Source of the DNA: Toensbergia leucococca
Taxonomy: Eukaryota
Assembly: GCA_022813965.1 (NCBI GenBank)
Contig: JALDZS010000045.1
Span: 124,001-145,182 of the forward strand
Length of the DNA: 21,182 nucleotides
Direction: 5' to 3'
The translations under genes and the position numbers were made by a program. The notes under the pieces are model-generated. The model was not told the origin of the DNA, ran no database searches, and saw only the letters and a list, made by a program, of their open reading frames with translations. Of this stretch, positions 20,591-21,182 are shown one piece after another. Numbering within the stretch: the first letter of the stretch is position 1; each line of letters begins with the position of its first letter.

Positions 20591-21058
20591 CTATCTATTC
20601 TGATGCCATTTATCAAAACAACGTCTATCCTTACACAGGGGAGTATCACAGAGATCACAGTCAAAGGTAGTCCGTCTTCTCAGACATCTCTCACTCAAAT
20701 TGAGTGTAATATCACCTAGAACTCATTATTTTCAGGGCTTAAAATCACCCGTTCTCACACACACTCTATAGTCTTGAGAACTACCTCTTCTTACAAGGTT
20801 ATAAAGGTGAAATGACTGATGTGAGACCTTCTTGTTATCAGGCCCTCAGAACTTTCTTTTTCAAGAGTTTTTAGTAGTTAGTAAGGCTGTACACAAGGTG
20901 TCTCAGAAGTCTCTCTGATTGTTGAATTTCTGCTTTTTTTCAACAGTAGAATGAAAGGAGAGCTAGTAGGCATTTACTACAGATATTTCTAACAAAAGAT
21001 TGTACAAGGCCTTTCATCCTTTTCTGATAATTCTAGTCATTGAATTGTAGAAACATAG
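20591..21058 (-). mobile_element. piggyBac-family transposase relic (C-terminal ~155 codons), inactivated by transitions
   Basis: One frame reads LCFYNSMTRIIRKG*KALYNLLLEISVVNAY*L..KFNNQRDF*DTLCTAL..LVRRGSSQDYRVC..KP*K**VLGDITLN..RRRTTFDCDLCDTPLCKDRRCFDKWHQNR*. This matches the end of the piggyBac DDD domain (R..RKW....L.....VNAY) and its Cys-rich C-terminal zinc ribbon (RT...CxxC..PLC....CF..WH). Confidence 0.85.
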
Positions 21059-21182
21059 TGTCATGGTGCAAGGCCAAGAGGCCTGCCAAGGCCTTGGACC
21101 CTGCCTAGTCACGCGTTAGCGTGCTCCTTTTCGTCTGAGGTTAAATAACCTTTCAACCTCGTTCTCCTCTTGTTTCCTTCGT
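21059..21182. mobile_element. Probable LTR end of a retrotransposon inserted into the piggyBac ORF (runs off the window)
   Basis: Transposase similarity stops abruptly at 21058. The next bases are TGTCATGG, a TG-type LTR terminus, followed by GC-richer sequence with AAGGCC repeats and AGTCACGCG. The other end is not in the window. Confidence 0.45.

Overview
Eukaryotic DNA from a filamentous ascomycete (Pezizomycotina), judged from short GT-AG introns with CTRAY branch sites and fungal gene families. I could reconstruct seven intact genes by hand: a secreted Ser/Thr-rich GPI-type wall protein (-), a peroxisomal 4-coumarate-CoA-ligase-like enzyme (-), a paraoxonase/arylesterase-like propeller hydrolase (+), a NAPE-PLD/FMP30-like metallo-beta-lactamase (-), a Kex2-type Cys-rich secreted protein (-), an FAD-dependent oxidoreductase (+) and a 14-TM-type MFS transporter (+). 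An F-box gene is broken by one in-frame TAG, probably at a Trp codon; it is either a pseudogene or a candidate for UAG-to-UGG RNA editing. Two weaker gene relics lie at about 6.7-7.0 kb and 16.5-17.2 kb. The last 1.4 kb is a transposon nest that the ORF track misses. It holds a ~730-bp non-coding foldback/MITE-like element built from nested sub-repeats, the C-terminal part of a piggyBac transposase with eight stops explainable by transitions, and a probable LTR start that interrupts the transposase. All calls come from manual reading; no database searches were run.
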